Assembly (NCBI GenBank): GCA_052327205.1 | Contig: CM126207.1 | Coordinates: 33,976,001-34,040,000 of the forward strand | Source: Somniosus microcephalus | Taxonomy: Eukaryota | Length of the DNA stretch: 64,000 bases | Reading direction: 5' to 3' | Shown here: positions 1 to 13,514 of the stretch, in pieces | How positions within the stretch are numbered: position 1 is the stretch's first letter | How the letters are laid out: every line of letters begins with the position of its first letter | The notes under the pieces: generated by a model | Told to the model about the DNA's origin: nothing | The model's input: only the letters and a program-made list of their open reading frames with translations | The model's database searches: none | Program-made: the position numbers and the translations under genes

Positions 1-2439
1 CTCAGGCCAGAAAATTGGATAACTGGAATAATGCTTTTAGTCTATAGCACAGCGTCATCACATCAAATTTCATGACATCACAGCTGGGTGTGACTTTGGT
101 CTCCCTGACCATGACTTCAGATAACAGCTAAAAAATATATAAATTACTCATTTATGGTACTTCAGATAATCGTCACACAAGCCCCATTTTCTTTTTGTAG
201 TAATATTTCCTTCACTTGTTACTTTAACAGGAGGGTGACTGACTAATGAGATTTTTTAATTTCCATGAGTTGATTGACAATTCTGAAGAATGTTCTTTAA
301 GCTTCGAAAATTATGCTCAAATTCCCGTTTTCTGGAATTTGTGGTTACCTGGTGTAATAATAGATAGGTAGTCGGAGGAGGAAATGAGACTGAATATGGC
401 ACAATATGTGAATTGCAAATAAGTTAAATAGTTTCAAACTTCAAAGGAGCTGTGATTCAGTGATGGGTTAATCACATGAGTCATTAATGCATTGTAAAAG
501 GGCCAATTATGAATATGTTAATAAGGTGAATAGAGTGCGTGGGTTATAAATGGGCCAGTGTGATAGAGTGCCATCATGCAGCAACAACTGTTGCTCTAGA
601 TCAGTTTCCAGAGTTAGCTCCATTTGAGTGTCTGTCCCTGCAGTCTTGTAATAAAATACTGGGATAGCCCCACCTCATGAGAAGCATTTTTGGTTACTGC
701 TCTAACACTGAAGGCGCCACACACTCAATAGTTAGAACTGGAATGGTGATTAAAAAAACAGGAAGCCACAAACATATAGTAGCGTGTAGAATCAGCAGAT
801 GTACAGCTTGTGAGTCTGTTTGCTTACATACCAATTCTATTGATTCACACATTCCACTGTTCTCTGATTTGGTTATCAAAGCTACTGATTCATCCATGAA
901 CCACCATTATAGCAGAATAAAGGGCAAATTATCCTGATCAGTCAACCAATCTGTAACCAGGTACCTCAAAATGTACACATCATGAGGTCTTGTACTGTGT
1001 CATCAGCGAGACCTGAAAGGACCAGGATGGAGTCATGCTGTGCTGCTGATAGTCACCCAGGATGCCTGCAGTGCAGATACCTTCACAATTCTCTGCAAAC
1101 CTGAAGAATTTATCAGTCTAGTAAGAGTTTTCAGCAAATCTATTGAAGAAATGGCAGAAGAGGTCCCAGTCCAAGTAAAATGAACTACTGACCACCACAG
1201 CGCAGTGTTTCCATTCGTTTATTCCTGATTCTTTATTCTAGTTTTTGCTGCTATCCACAGTTGATTATATTGCTTTCATGAGTGACAGATTATTGACTAT
1301 ACAGTGATTGTGGTTTAAGATTAGATCATATATGTAAAGCCCAAGCATGTGGAGATCCTTAATTCTCCTGCTAAATTAGAAAATTGGCATGCATTCAATG
1401 ACTCCTCATCCAATAGATGGATGCTTCATACAAGCAAGTGATTTAGGATTTTTTTTTTCTTTTTAGGGTTCAGCAAAAGGTGGTGATGTTTGGAGCAGCT
1501 CAGTTTATTTTTCAGGTCATTTAGTCTCAGAGGTGGCTTCTCTCCTTGAGAAGATGTGAATGTCATACTGCCTGAGGACATGTGCATTTTTCCTGTTTAA
1601 TCATGCTCCCATTGTTTGTCAGTAAAACTTTCCTTTACATTTACTTACATTTGTTCACCTGCTCAGTTTTTATTCAAAGGTTTTTTTTCCCCAGGGAGGG
1701 GTCCATTTTTTGCTCATAGTGAGAAGCATTGGTGCCGGGCAAGAGATTATTTTCCCATTTTTTCCACAGTGTCAGCATCAAAGCACTCCTATGTTAACCA
1801 TAGATAAGCCCGATGTAGAGTAAAACTTCCTCTACCTTGCCCAACTTTAATTTCCCTTGGTAGTGCTGTTTACTGGGTTCATGTAAAATTGTTTTGTGTT
1901 GACCAGTGTAAAAGAAACAGGTTATGGAATTCATTAAATGAGCACACTAAGGAACTTTATTAAATTGGTACACTAAGAAACTTTGCATGAAGGTAGTAAG
2001 CAACACACTGCCAAAGGAAATTGAACCCCAATGAGCCTTGACCTTAAACTCAAAAACAGAACAACTACTCCATCAATGTGGTATTTATATCTGGCATCTG
2101 TGAGTAAGATTGCCCTTATAATATACACAAACTATGATAGTCAATGGTATCATTCAGCTGAATGAATCTTGAAATCACTGTTTGTCAAATCACGTGATTT
2201 GTTTGTGATCGGCATCCACTGTCTGCATGACAGTCCCACTGGTTACCCAAAAAAATTTGAATAAGTAAATGATCATTAGGTTTGTACACGCTTGGAATGT
2301 ACAAGTCAGTGGCACATCTTAAGGTTGAGATGACATTGATAAACTGTTCGCATTTTGTTCTCATGGGCTCTGACATCATCTCAGCAGCTCAATGTGTTAG
2401 TTCCTTGCAACACACTGCTGACTGTGTTATTCTATGTTT

Positions 2440-2580
2440 AGTACCAAATTATGGGCAGCTCCACTCTTTGGGCGAATGCCCATTTGGAGCTTGATTGAAC
2501 ACATTTCACTTTAGACACGCATGACCATCAGAGAGATGAGGTTTTCTGGATTCAAACCCAGGTCCCAGAGGAGAAAGCAT
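2440..2580 (-). mobile_element. Degenerate LF-SINE-like fragment
   Basis: The reverse complement reads CTTTCTCCTCTGGGACCTGGGTTTGAATCCAG...GTGAAATG, resembling the tRNA-derived head and body of LF-SINE as I recall it. Confidence 0.5.
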
Positions 2581-2794
2581 ACACTGAGATTTCCAATCCT
2601 CTCATCAGAGCGGGGAGACATTCATCCTTCTGGCCCATAGTGGATTCAAGTCCAAAACCCAAGATAGGGTGTTGACACACTACACAACAATGACCCTTCT
2701 ATCCTCTCTGTTTTCACTTTCCATGTGGAATGTTCGATGATCATTTACAACAAAACTCAGGAGACCGGTCATGCCACTGGTTAGAACACAGTCC

Positions 2795-3110
2795 TTTAAT
2801 CTCTGAAAACAGGGTTTAAATCCAGGAAATGAAAGTTTCCCTTCTCTGCTAGCTGTATGGGTCCCAAGAGAAATGAGTCCAGGTAGTCTCAACCCAGTTC
2901 CCTGTGCCAGGACATAGCACAGAGCTGCATAGAACTTAGCTGTAAGGATTGCTGAAAAGGAAGGTGGAAAATGTTATGTATGTGTAGTAGTGGAAATGCT
3001 CATTAGGAGTTGATGTTAAGGCATGTTGGTGGCGTAGAGGATTTCAACTCTGTATTTATTGCATGGTACACCTGACCAAGGGGTGTTTCATTCTTTATAG
3101 AAAGGGCAAA
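2795..3110 (+). mobile_element. Degenerate LF-SINE-like element
   Basis: Contains GGGTTTAAATCCAG..GAAAGTTTCCCTTCTCTGCTAGCTGTA..GAAATGAGT..GTCTCAACCCAGTTCC and a 3' part GTAGAGG..ACTCTGTAT..ACCTGACC, colinear with the recalled LF-SINE consensus. Confidence 0.5.
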
Positions 3111-3141
3111 AGTGGAAAAACCCACAAATCCCCCTGTTGCC

Positions 3142-3337
3142 GAGTTTGAGCACTGACACTTTACTGCAGTGCTGAGAGAATCACCGTCCTTCAGATAAGA
3201 TGTTAAATAGAGGCACCATCTGCCCTCTCAGCTGGATGTAAAAGATCCAGTTGCACGATTTGAAGAACAGCAGGGGCGGTATCCTGGTCAACATTCATTC
3301 CTCAACCAATACCACCAAAACCAGATTATCTGCTCAA
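3142..3337 (+). mobile_element. Degenerate Deu-domain SINE (SacSINE1-like) fragment
   Basis: Contains CTTCAGATAAGATGTTAAATAGAGG..CTGCCCTCTCAG.TGGATGTAAAAGATCC..CCTCAACCAA, homologous to the better-preserved copies in this window. Confidence 0.75.
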
Positions 3338-4510
3338 GTGAGATGCTAACGAGGCAAAAATCACCACCAGTGTGTGAAATGCCCACACGTTACACTGGTA
3401 CCCATCAGCTGTCCTATTTAGAGAGATAGCAACGTCAGTGGATCACACCAGTACCCGTTAACTTCCTTATTTATATTGATTCGGGAACGATGATTTTCTG
3501 CTATGGGGGCAGTTTACACCTGAACGGGTGGAAGTGGTGTTTGCGCTGACACAAAAGGAAGTGTAATAGTTGTACCCAATTTTCCAAGTACAGCTCATCA
3601 TTCTAATTATGTATAACTCCATTGGCAGATTTCAACGTGTGCAGGGATAGGAACAGAAAATTGCTTGTAAGTGAAATTTATTGAAGGCAACAGGATGGCA
3701 ACATTTCTGAAAACTTTTGAAAGGCTCAAAAAGCATCTAAACCCTTAGCAGCGTTAGCCAAGGCGGAAGGGGATTAAGAAGTGATAGGGGAAAGTATCAG
3801 TCTGCAGGCAAGTGTGAAAGCAGCCCAGCACCCAATTAATTCATTGATGATGGTTGCTGAAGTGGAGGCGGTGCTGCATGGAGCAGTTGCTTAGAAGGTT
3901 GCTCTCTCTGTCACTCCACAGTACCAGCCCCACAAGCCAGCATTGCAGCAAGGAGCCAAGTTTCAGGCCACAGCTGACTCGTACTGTCACCAGATGTGCC
4001 AACTACAACTGTACTTGCAGCAGATGGCACGACTCTGCGTCCAGCTCTTTGCTGACCTGGATCCTGTGAAGAGAGCTCACTACGGCTGTTGCCAGGTAGG
4101 TTGTTGCCAAGGCTTGCTTGGCGGCATCTTGGAGGATGTAGCCAATCCGGGTTTGATGGCTGTTCATCACCCTGGCATGCAATTTCATGCAGTGCCACTG
4201 AAAGCAAGGCATACGGTGATTGAGGTGCTTCCAAGCGCAGGTACCTCTGTGGTGCCACTGGGTCTGTTGTGCCATTGTCCTTTGGGAATAGGGACCTCAG
4301 AATACATTAATTATCTGCCAAAGTGAGGTATGTTGCCATGTGTCTACAGATGTGGGTGCACGGGTCCCAGTCGGTGAACACAGAGCACCTCTCAGCTGCC
4401 TGACCTGCCTAGTTGGTCTTCCTCTTCTTCAAAACACCTCAGATTAGAAGATTCCAGTTGGTACCAGTATTGTTGCTAGGAGAAAAATAAATTGGAATAA
4501 TCGCCACGAA

Positions 4511-5212
4511 GTGGGAGAAATTCATTATGGCCCCGTTTGGGGGCGGTAACCTTTGAAAGCTGGGAAACTTAGCGCCAGGTGCTAATGATTCCCAGCTTTC
4601 AGGAAATTGGGTTTAGCGCTCCAGGAAGGAAGCGCTAAAGGACGCGGGCGGGGCGGTGGTGGTGCAGCGCTGCACAATGTACCATATAGCGCTGCTGCGA
4701 TCCAAGGCTCCTTCCCTCCCTTAAAGGGAAGGGCCATCGCTGCAGGCTCTGCATTGGGGCCAGTTAGCTGGTCCCCAACGGCAGCCGCGATCCTGCCCGA
4801 TCAGCCCCGCGCACTCCAGCAGAGCGCCGGGCTGATCGATCGCGGTCCAGGAGAAATGAAAAAAATTGCAAAAAAAAGTTAGAAATTTTCCTACTGCCTC
4901 GGCCACCTCCCCTTTAACTTCCGCCCCCGAAGCGCCTGGCCTCCCGAACAACGCCTCCTGCAGCTGTCTGTGAATTCGCTCGGCGATGCTGGAGGGGGCG
5001 GAACCGAAGTTCGGGTCCAGGGCGATGCACACGGCATTGACGCCATGATCTCCGGGCGCAGGAGATCGTGGCGCAAAGTGTTACCGCCGCCGCAAACCTC
5101 CCGGCCAAGTTAGCAGGAGTCGTTCATCTCGCCACGCCCGGGCAGTAAGTCGTTAGCAGAACGTTGTCGCCCCCCCACCCCCGGGGGCGCTAACCCACCG
5201 AATTTCTCCCCC
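4511..5212. mobile_element. Non-autonomous PIF/Harbinger-type DNA transposon (GC-rich MITE)
   Basis: Terminal inverted repeats (TIRs) GTGGGAGAAATTC / GAATTTCTCCCCC match at 12/13. A 3-bp TSD GAA lies at 4508-4510 and 5213-5215. Internal motifs are shared with 45589-46312. Confidence 0.85.
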
Positions 5213-6114
5213 GAAGACTCATGAAAACCTATGTGCCAGCAGAAAGTTAAGCATTTATTACCAAAAAAAACTTGCCTTAACATTACTGTGTCCTTTCTGT
5301 GACCTTCCATTGCCGAGCGACCCTGACGGCCATTTCACATGGGTGTGATTTAAAGATCACACCCAGAACATCAGTGAATAACAGGCAGGGTATCCGCGCC
5401 CCCTAATTAATATTTAAATGAAGTTCTCCTGTTTGAGGCACCCTGCAAAGTTGTGTGACATAAAGTGGGCGGCAATCAGCCTAACTGATGCAAATCAGGC
5501 GATCCTGATTAGAAAATCCCAGCTATTGTGAGAAATTCCAGCACATCACACTGGCACCCATCAGCTTTCCTATTTATCCAGGGACAGTGTGAGAAACAGC
5601 AGCCTGCTACTCCAGCAATATTAAGATGGAAAGCTTGCGCAAGTGAACTTGAAGTTATCCCTCTTGCTTGCCGTATTGTTCATGGTCCAATTTGTCCATC
5701 ATGACATCATTGTGCTACATTACGGAGGAAAAGAAACCACAACCTTTTCACCTACTTTCCTTTTTAAATGGTGGATAGTACACATTGTAGCTGTCTCCTG
5801 TAATCATCCTACATAGGATTAAATGAAATGAGCCTCAATTCTAGGGTCGCATTAAGAATTCTTGGGGCCCTGGCCACCAAGAACATTCGGGCCCCCGTGC
5901 ACAACCCACCCCCCCCCCCCAGCACACAAACAGCCCCCCACATTAAACCACAAACATGTCATAAAATGCATGAAGAAATAGGCCTGTAGAATGTTTACAC
6001 GCTGCATTAATAATAAATCAAACCATATCACAATATACTACACGTAAATGACTTAATTTTGCACACAGAGAAATAATAACTCTGTTTGCTTTAGGAAAAA
6101 TGTTAACCAAAAAT

Positions 6115-6387
6115 TTTTCTGGGATTGAACGCAATAAGCTGGCGGCATTCAGGGCAACCCAATTTTGCACAGGGGGCCTCAAACAGGTGCCAAGCACTTT
6201 ATTTGCATATGCAAAAGTCCTGATGCCCGTTTTAGGCGCGGGCCTTGGACACTTAATTTTTTTGTCTACACTGATACGGCAGGCGGCTCTTAATGGCCGT
6301 GCACTTCCTGCTTACCATATTGGAGACTTTGGTGCCCATTTAGCGCCTGAAAAACAGATGCGTGGCGCCATCACATTTCTAGGCCCT
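6115..6387. mobile_element. MITE-like repeat, same family as 47712-48050 in opposite orientation
   Basis: Ends in ATTTCTAGGCCC. The blocks CAACCCAATTTTGCACAGGGGGCC and CCATATTGGAGACTTTGGTGCCCATTT have reverse-complement counterparts near 47913 and 47741. Confidence 0.55.
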
Positions 6388-8932
6388 AGTGTCTTAGTAT
6401 TTAAATGTAGCATTTTTCCTAGCTGCTGCATGATTAGAACCGGCTTGCATCGAAGGACTTTTTATCACACATTGATACTTAGAATGAACAGTAATTTAAC
6501 AAGACACATTGGCAAGAACATTCAGCCTGACGTTTTTTTTTCCACAGATCATGAAACAAGCCTTCAGCAAATAATCCTGAAGCAGCTTGTTCTCAGTCTC
6601 ACAGCATTCTATAAGTTTGGATAATAATTGAATCTTGCAGCACATGAGATATGGGTTAACTATGTTTTCACTGTAATTTGGGTCATCTTGCGTTGCAAGG
6701 CCTGCAGTGCATTTACTTATTTTTTTGGGACGCTTCCAGGAGCCTAATCTGCTCCTTAGGCCAGTTACTGCTGTTTGTTACATTTAGTTGGGCAGAGGAT
6801 ACTTTCCTTTTTCCTGGCTGTGCCACTGTACATATTTTAAGAGTTAATGTATCTGGCTCTCTCTCTGTGTTCTCAAGATTCTGAGGGAGTCGCGAGCCTC
6901 GGTTCTCCAAAAGCAGCTGCCAACCTTGTCGGCACCAATCTGTCAGAAAGGATTTCTCCTGGCAAAACTTTGCGCCTCCTTTCTGACATCTTGAACAAAC
7001 TAATTGTTGTCTCCTGCCTCCCAGAGCACTCTGAAGTCCTAACGAGTTAGCGTCTTCTCAAGAGATGAGAAAAGAACTTGCAAAATCAATTTATCAGGCT
7101 ATTACGTTATTGTCATCAGTCAAAACAAAAACCTGCTAAAGACAGGAGAAAAAGTGCAAGAAACGGGTCTCTGAGAAAAGGTTACAGAACATCCATCTTC
7201 TCTCCTCTTCTGATTGTTCCCTTTCTTTCCCCGTTCTCATACCCATTTCCCTTCGCTCAAAGACACTTTATGACAAGCATTGTAATCTCTATAGGACGGA
7301 GGGGAACCTCTGATTTAGGACAGAATCTTTGCAGCCAGTGAGTGACAGCGGGAAGGGGTCCAACTGCCAGCGAGGACACTAAGCAATAAATCATCCACCC
7401 CTGGCATCAGCTGGCTGGTGCTGATCCCTACTTCCTGAGTGGCTACCACCGTCTCTGTGTGTGTGACAAAACAGCCATTGTCAGGCCTGGGCAGCCAAGT
7501 CTGTTCCTGCCTCTTTGTGGTTTAAGTGTATGAGGGGTTGGGAAGAGATGGGATGAAAAAAGATCAAAAAGTAATAGAACTGGAGAACAAGAAAGAAAGG
7601 TGGCTTGTGACAGATAATAGTCTGGTGTAAGAGCAGTGGGAGAGTGAAATGAATAAAAGAGTCAGGGATCAAAAAAAGAGTGCGTGCCAAGACTGCATGT
7701 TAATGAGTGGTTTCAAATATTAAAAGAGAATTACTAGACACAAGAGCAAGGCTTATTTTCACATGAAGTAATAATGTGTGAGGGGGTATGTTTCTTTTGG
7801 ATTCATAGTTGTTGTTGTTGTATGGAGTATGTGAAGTATGGAGTATTGACAACACAAATAAATACAATGTGACAACGATAATATAATAGTCTTCAGTAAA
7901 ATAATCCCAGCAAAGAAACTCCAAACACATAGAAGAATTATCAAACACAGATGCACACGATCTGGTTCATGTTGGTATGGTGAATTACTGGATCATGAAG
8001 AAAATCTTAATTAGTGAATCTGCTGAGTTTTCTAGTATCTTCCAGCTTTCCTGTCAACAGAGAATGAAACTTAAAAATCTGGTTTTAGTTCCTCTGTATA
8101 AACTGCTGTTATACACACTTTGGGTTACAATATAGACTTTGCTAAAATTCACCCTTATGGATGTCTATTATTATTAGACTGTTTTGCAGTGTATATGTAT
8201 AACAATTCAATGCAAGCTTTTTTAAAAGCATTCAGTCCTGTTGTTTGGGAGCAAGAACCTGGCTGTGTCCCTTGAAATGTCTTTCATTCACTTGTATTGT
8301 GCCAGATAAAGTACTTTAACAAGGCAAACCTGTATTCAACTTTGATGAAAATTAATAGATAGCCTTAACCAAGATGTTGACAAGAAAGCACATCTAGTTG
8401 TTGTTCAGATGTCTGAAGTTTGCATCTTTTGTGACATAATATAACTGGAGTCATGTTAAGATGCCATCTCATTATACTCTGTACATGTTTGGAAGCAGAT
8501 TGTTTTCCCTATGCAGTTATAATGAAACAAATCTCCGGGATGGGGGAAGTAGGTCGAGGGTGACAATGAATGGAGCCCAACTTTAGGAAGCAGCATAATC
8601 TCTCCTTTCACTCTCAGGATGTACAAAAGCATTGGGTCTCGGCATGATTCGAGGTGCAGAGATCACCTCTTTTATCTTATGGTGTGCCATCAGCAGGAAT
8701 ATCACACTCTCCCCGCTGATGCCACACCCATCATTTATTTGAGTAAAGCATCCGATCTAGGTGTCCTAATCTCTCACTGAGAGCTGCTGTCTTTTTTTGT
8801 GTGAAGATGCATATGGGCAGATTAACCCTTTGAGCACTGAATCAGCATATCCTGACCAAAATCAAAATCTACCCAGCTAAAACAGCCACTTTGAAGTTAT
8901 TTTTCATCCCCTTTTTAGGTCCTATTCCCTGC

Positions 8933-8997
8933 TCAGATCAGCCATGATCCAATTGAATGGCTTGAGGGGCCGAATGGCCTACTCCTGTTCCTATGTT
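8933..8997 (+). mobile_element. CR1 LINE 3' tail fragment
   Basis: GATCAGCCATGAT..GAATGG..GGGCCGAATGGCCTACTCCTGTTCCTATGTT is the same tail as the CR1 ending at 42468. Confidence 0.75.
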
Positions 8998-8999
8998 TA

Positions 9000-9001
<2 letters not shown>

Positions 9002-9047
<46 letters not shown>
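9002..9047. repeat. (CA)n microsatellite
   Basis: Perfect AC dinucleotide run of about 23 units. Confidence 0.98.
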
Positions 9048-9049
<2 letters not shown>

Positions 9050-9812
9050 AGTGAGCACTATTTTCGAGCTGAGATAAGAAGGGAGAAAATGTGTCTTATT
9101 CCTAGGCTTCTGCCAGTATCGCAAGCAGAGAGGGGTGGATTCATTTGTTGCTACAGATTTTTGCTTCCGCCCTCGGGTAAATGTTTTGTGCATTCCATTG
9201 AGAATATTCCCCCAACAGCATGGCTGCAATTGTGAAACTCTGCACTGGAAACCTATTCATATTTGGCACAGTATCCTCTAATGCATTATTTGCAGCCAGG
9301 CTTTGTTACAGCAAAACAACATTACATTACTAAACCAACATGTTATTACATCAACAACCAACATATTGCAACATCAACGTAAGACCATCTCATAAGGTCA
9401 CAAGATCATCTAAGATTACAATCTGCTGAGATAGTTTCTAAATTTATTTCATGAATTACAAAGCAATCTTTTGTTCTGTATCACTCTCTCTCTCACTTTT
9501 AGAATGTTCTGTCATTGGAGATTTACATGGCGTCAAGGTGACAATAACCAGATGCATAATTTGTGTGTGTGTGTTTGGAAAATTATTTAACTCTTGTAAT
9601 TTTTCCCGAAAAAACTTTATTTTTGCATTGAACTTAATCAAAAGTGTAAAAGTAACATCAGAATAAGGTCCAGTGAGACCTGCTGATAGCAACCATCTAT
9701 AGATTGGTTTCAGGCAATCTTCACCGACAGATGGGCTCTTACTGTAGGTTCAAGTCTAGATCATTAATATAGTGCTGAGACTGTCACTAGGTAGACACCA
9801 TAGGCAGGTGGT

Positions 9813-9836
9813 CTCTCTCTCTCTCTCTCTCTCTCT
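9813..9836. repeat. (CT)n microsatellite
   Basis: Perfect TC run. Confidence 0.9.
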
Positions 9837-10789
9837 GTGTGGGTGGTCTTCCTCATACAATGCAAAATACAAAAAATTATTACATTAACAATTAGCTTCT
9901 TTCTGCTGAAGAAAATTTAAATAAATTAAAATGAGATGATTACAGTGCTAAAAGAGTCATGGCCTATTACTAACTACAGATTATACATTGTGTCCTAAAG
10001 CTGAGCCAAGCTAGTCCCTGACGGAATATTCCATTATGTGCCGGAGCTAGGGGAAGCCAATGTCCCGTGGAGTCATGTCAACTTAACCCTCTGATGGTGT
10101 ATCCCAGTAACACAATGGGATTGAGGGAACCTTACCCTCACTGAGAACTTATCAAGGCAAGCCAACAGAATACGTAACCTTAATAAGTCTGCAATAATGA
10201 GGTTATGCTGTATTTTTAAATAAAAAGTATCTATTATTTACAGAAGTGTGCATTCTACCATATGGGATGACATTGATACATTGCATGCTGAGGATATGAT
10301 GGATGCAAATGAGATAAAAATGGTTATTACCCAAGTCCCAATGGAAAGTGTAAAGACAGATCAATACAGTAGAATGAATGGGATGAAGTTGCCCCTGTCA
10401 CTCAGGGAATTAATTGTCAAAGCACCAAATAATCCACAGTGAAGAATTTCCACTTTCTTTTCAAAGTGAGTGGCATGCAAATGGCCTTGAGGACTCTTTA
10501 ATTGCAGACACTGATGAATAAAGGATATTGTCACTTTAAGAAAAGGTTGAGATGAATTTTTTTTGCAGCTCTCAAACAACCAATTCAGTGTTTTAGGGAA
10601 AATAATAAAAGGATAATTATAAGATTTTGGATGAGTATAAAGGAGGGTCCTGACTGGTTGAGATTGGCTGCTGTAACTCCCCAGATATCATGCATTTTAT
10701 TTTCAACCTTTGGTACCTGTTCTGCCTCAAAGCTTTTTTTGTGAAGTTATGGGAATCCCAAAAAGTAAATGAATCAATATATATTGCTA

Positions 10790-11812
10790 AAAGCAGAATG
10801 AGGAGAGGCAAACTAAATGATACAATTTTAAAGAGGATGCAGGAACAGGAAGACCTGGGGGTGAATGTACACACATCTTTGAAGGTGGCAGCACAAGTTT
10901 AGAAGGCTGTTTTTTTTTATTAAAAAGCATAGGGTATCCTTGGCTTTATTAATAGAATTATAGAATGGTTACAGCACAGAAGGAGGCCATTCGGCCTGTT
11001 GAGCCCGTGCCGGCTCTGCAAGAATACTTCATCTAGTCCCACTCTCCCGCCCTTTCCCCTTAGCTCTGCAATTTTCTTCCTTCAGGTACTTATCCAATTC
11101 CCTTTTGAAAGCCACGATTGAGTCTGCCTCCACCACCCTTTCAGGCAGTGCATTCCAAATCCTAACCACTCGCTGCGTGAAAAAGATTTTCCTCATGCCG
11201 CCTTTGGTTCTTCTGCCAATCACCTTAAATCTGTGTCCTCTGGTTCTGCCAATGGGAACAGTTTTTCTCTATGTAATAGAGGCATAGAATACAAAAGCAA
11301 GGAAGTTATGCTGCATCTTTATAAAACACGGGTTAGATCGCCGCTGGAGTATTGTGTTCAATTCTGGGCACCACACTTTAGGAAGGATGTCAAAATCTTA
11401 GAGAGGGTGCAGAAGAGATTTACTAGAATGGTACCAGGCATCAGGGACTTCAGTTATGTGGAGAGACTGTAGAAGCTGGGGTTGTTCTCCTTAGAGCAGA
11501 GAAGGTTAAGAGGACATTTGATAGAGGTGTTCAAAATCATGAACAGTTTTGATAGAGTAAATAAGGAGAAACTGTTTCCAGTGGCAGAAGGGTCAATAAC
11601 CAGAGGACACAGATTTAAGGTGATTGGCTAAAGAACCAGAAGCGACATGAGGAAACATTTTTTTACACAGCGAGTTACTGAAAGGAAAAAAAAATACAGG
11701 GCTATGGGGAAAAAGCAGGGGAGTGGGACTAATTGGATAGCTCTATCAAAGAACCAGCACAGGTACAATGGCCAAATGGCAGCCGCCTGTGCTGTATCAT
11801 TCTATGATTCTA
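10790..11812 (+). mobile_element. 5'-truncated CR1 LINE (HER1-like), ORF2 C-terminus plus 3' tail, interrupted by an insertion
   Basis: Translates to CR1 motifs EDLGVNVH and RGIEYKSKEVMLHLYKTRVRSPLEYCVQFWAPHFRKDVKILERVQKRFTRM. Ends in a TTCTATGATTCTA tail. Confidence 0.92.
10957..11273 (-). mobile_element. CR1 3'-end fragment nested in antisense inside a related CR1
   Basis: The minus strand encodes FFTQRVVRIWNALPERVVEADSIVAFKRELDKYL. It is flanked by a 7-bp TSD TAATAGA (10950-10956, 11274-11280). Confidence 0.9.
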
Positions 11813-13160
11813 AAAAATACATAATTTGATCATCTAATGGCGATAATAACTCAAAGGATTGGTTCATGGACAGTTTACATTTGTGGCAGAATAGACTGTC
11901 TTGTGCTAAGTTATGACAAAGACACACTTTTCTCTTTGTTGATGCTCAAGCGTTAATAGTGAGCAATGACTTTACTGAGGTCACGAGTGCCGGTGTTGAG
12001 CACAGCTGACAGTGAGTGGCTCCTGGTCTCTCTTCCTATTCATGCAAATTAGGTGGTGTGGAAAAAAACCAAGAAGCCAGACAGAGCCCAGCCACAATCA
12101 TTGCCCTGGTCAGGACTGCAATCGATACTGTTGATGAAAGACTGGCTCTTTGAAGCAAACAAGGTCAACAGTCATGACAGATTCACAGTCGGGTTTTGGC
12201 AGCTCTTCAGCTCACCCCTAAAAATTAATGCCCTTTTTAAAAAAGAAATAATAACCCATTTATAATCTTCAGCTTCCAATCCTGCCTGGAGATGGGGCTC
12301 CTAAACACATGGTTGTTCCTTTTAAAGCTGCAGGTTTTTTTTTCATTTCTGTGCACTACATCTAGCACTACGAAGCGCATTGGATGCTATATTTTACTCT
12401 CAAATCACTCGTCTGAAGCGGAATTGCTGCAGCAATTCCACCAAATGTCGAGTTCCACATTGTACATCCAGCTGGGGTTTGTGTGGAGGAGGATGAGAAC
12501 AGCGAGAGAGATACTTCTCCTGCGAGAGGGCCAAAGAACCCACACGTGTTCTTGTGCAGCTCCTAGCAGTCATTTTGATGCTTTTTGGTTACGCTGCATA
12601 TCTATACACTACACTGTGATCTTTTCATAGGCACCGGCAGTTTGTGTAGATAGCGAACCCCCCCTCCCCAATCATATGATGACCTTGTCGCACTAGCACT
12701 TTACATCCTGCAGACGGCACGGATCCAACTTCTTAAAACTCTGAACTTAAAAGTTAAAAAGCGCTCTCTCTCGGTTCTTCTCGATCATTCAATATTTGAT
12801 CAGCAATCAGAGGCCTGTGAGCAGAGCTCCATGAATTCATTTGAGTACACATGCATAATGCTTTGCTTGTCCTCCACTGAACAGGCTCTGCGAGCGGGAA
12901 GTATCACCGCAATTGCCACTCGTGCTATTCTTAAACATGCCCCGGATAATGTAGCACTTGGCGTAGGGTCATGGTTTTTGGGGCTGTGAGGGAGACATGG
13001 TCGGGGGTTTGGGAACAGCTGGATGGCAGCCCCACTTGGTCAAGAAATATTGCGGTGCAAGGTTGGAAGAGACATAAAAAGCTGAAAGAAAATCCAGCTC
13101 ACAATATAGGGGGGAGGGTTAATAAGTAATTGCAATTGAAGTGACAATGAAGACACTTAC

Positions 13161-13182
13161 TGAAAGTGGCAGGGAGACATCG
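13161..13182 (-). other. Candidate 22-nt micro-exon of an unidentified gene
   Basis: Minus strand ttgtttgaattgtgtccag|CGATGTCTCCCTGCCACTTTCA|gtaagtgt, in non-repetitive sequence. Confidence 0.35.
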
Positions 13183-13514
13183 CTGGACACAATTCAAACA
13201 AGTAAACCACTTAAGTCCAGTGAGTATCTGTTTGACCAACTTGATGGATCCCTAATCTTAATTGCAGCAAGAGTTTAAAAATGAGAATAATGTTGAAGAA
13301 TACACTCTCGCGCGATATTGCCTTTTAACATGATTTATTTTACATGTAGGTTACTTGGTGGAAATTCCATTACATCCCTGCATACCTCAGAAATAAAAGC
13401 GTCTCTTACTGAAGATGTTTGTCAGCACCTTTTCAAAGTTAATTGTCTTCCCGTAGTTCATCAGCTAACACTCCACGAAGCATTGCTGAGGTCTGACTCC
13501 CAACAATCACTTAC

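Noticed and set aside
451-677. Possible solo LTR (TG start, TATAAA, AATAAA, CA end)
   Set aside because: No TSD could be found and there is no second copy in the window.
3850-4440. Overlapping 70-127-aa ORFs
   Set aside because: No recognisable domain. This may be a decayed transposon coding relic, but I cannot support a call.
4511-5212. CpG-island or promoter interpretation of GC-rich patches (also 45.6-46.3 kb and 61.0-61.8 kb)
   Set aside because: Each is bounded by TIRs and TSD-like flanks and is a MITE. Their short ORFs have no recognisable product.
6100-7050. 174-aa and neighbouring ORFs
   Set aside because: They run through a MITE into unrelated sequence and have no protein motif.
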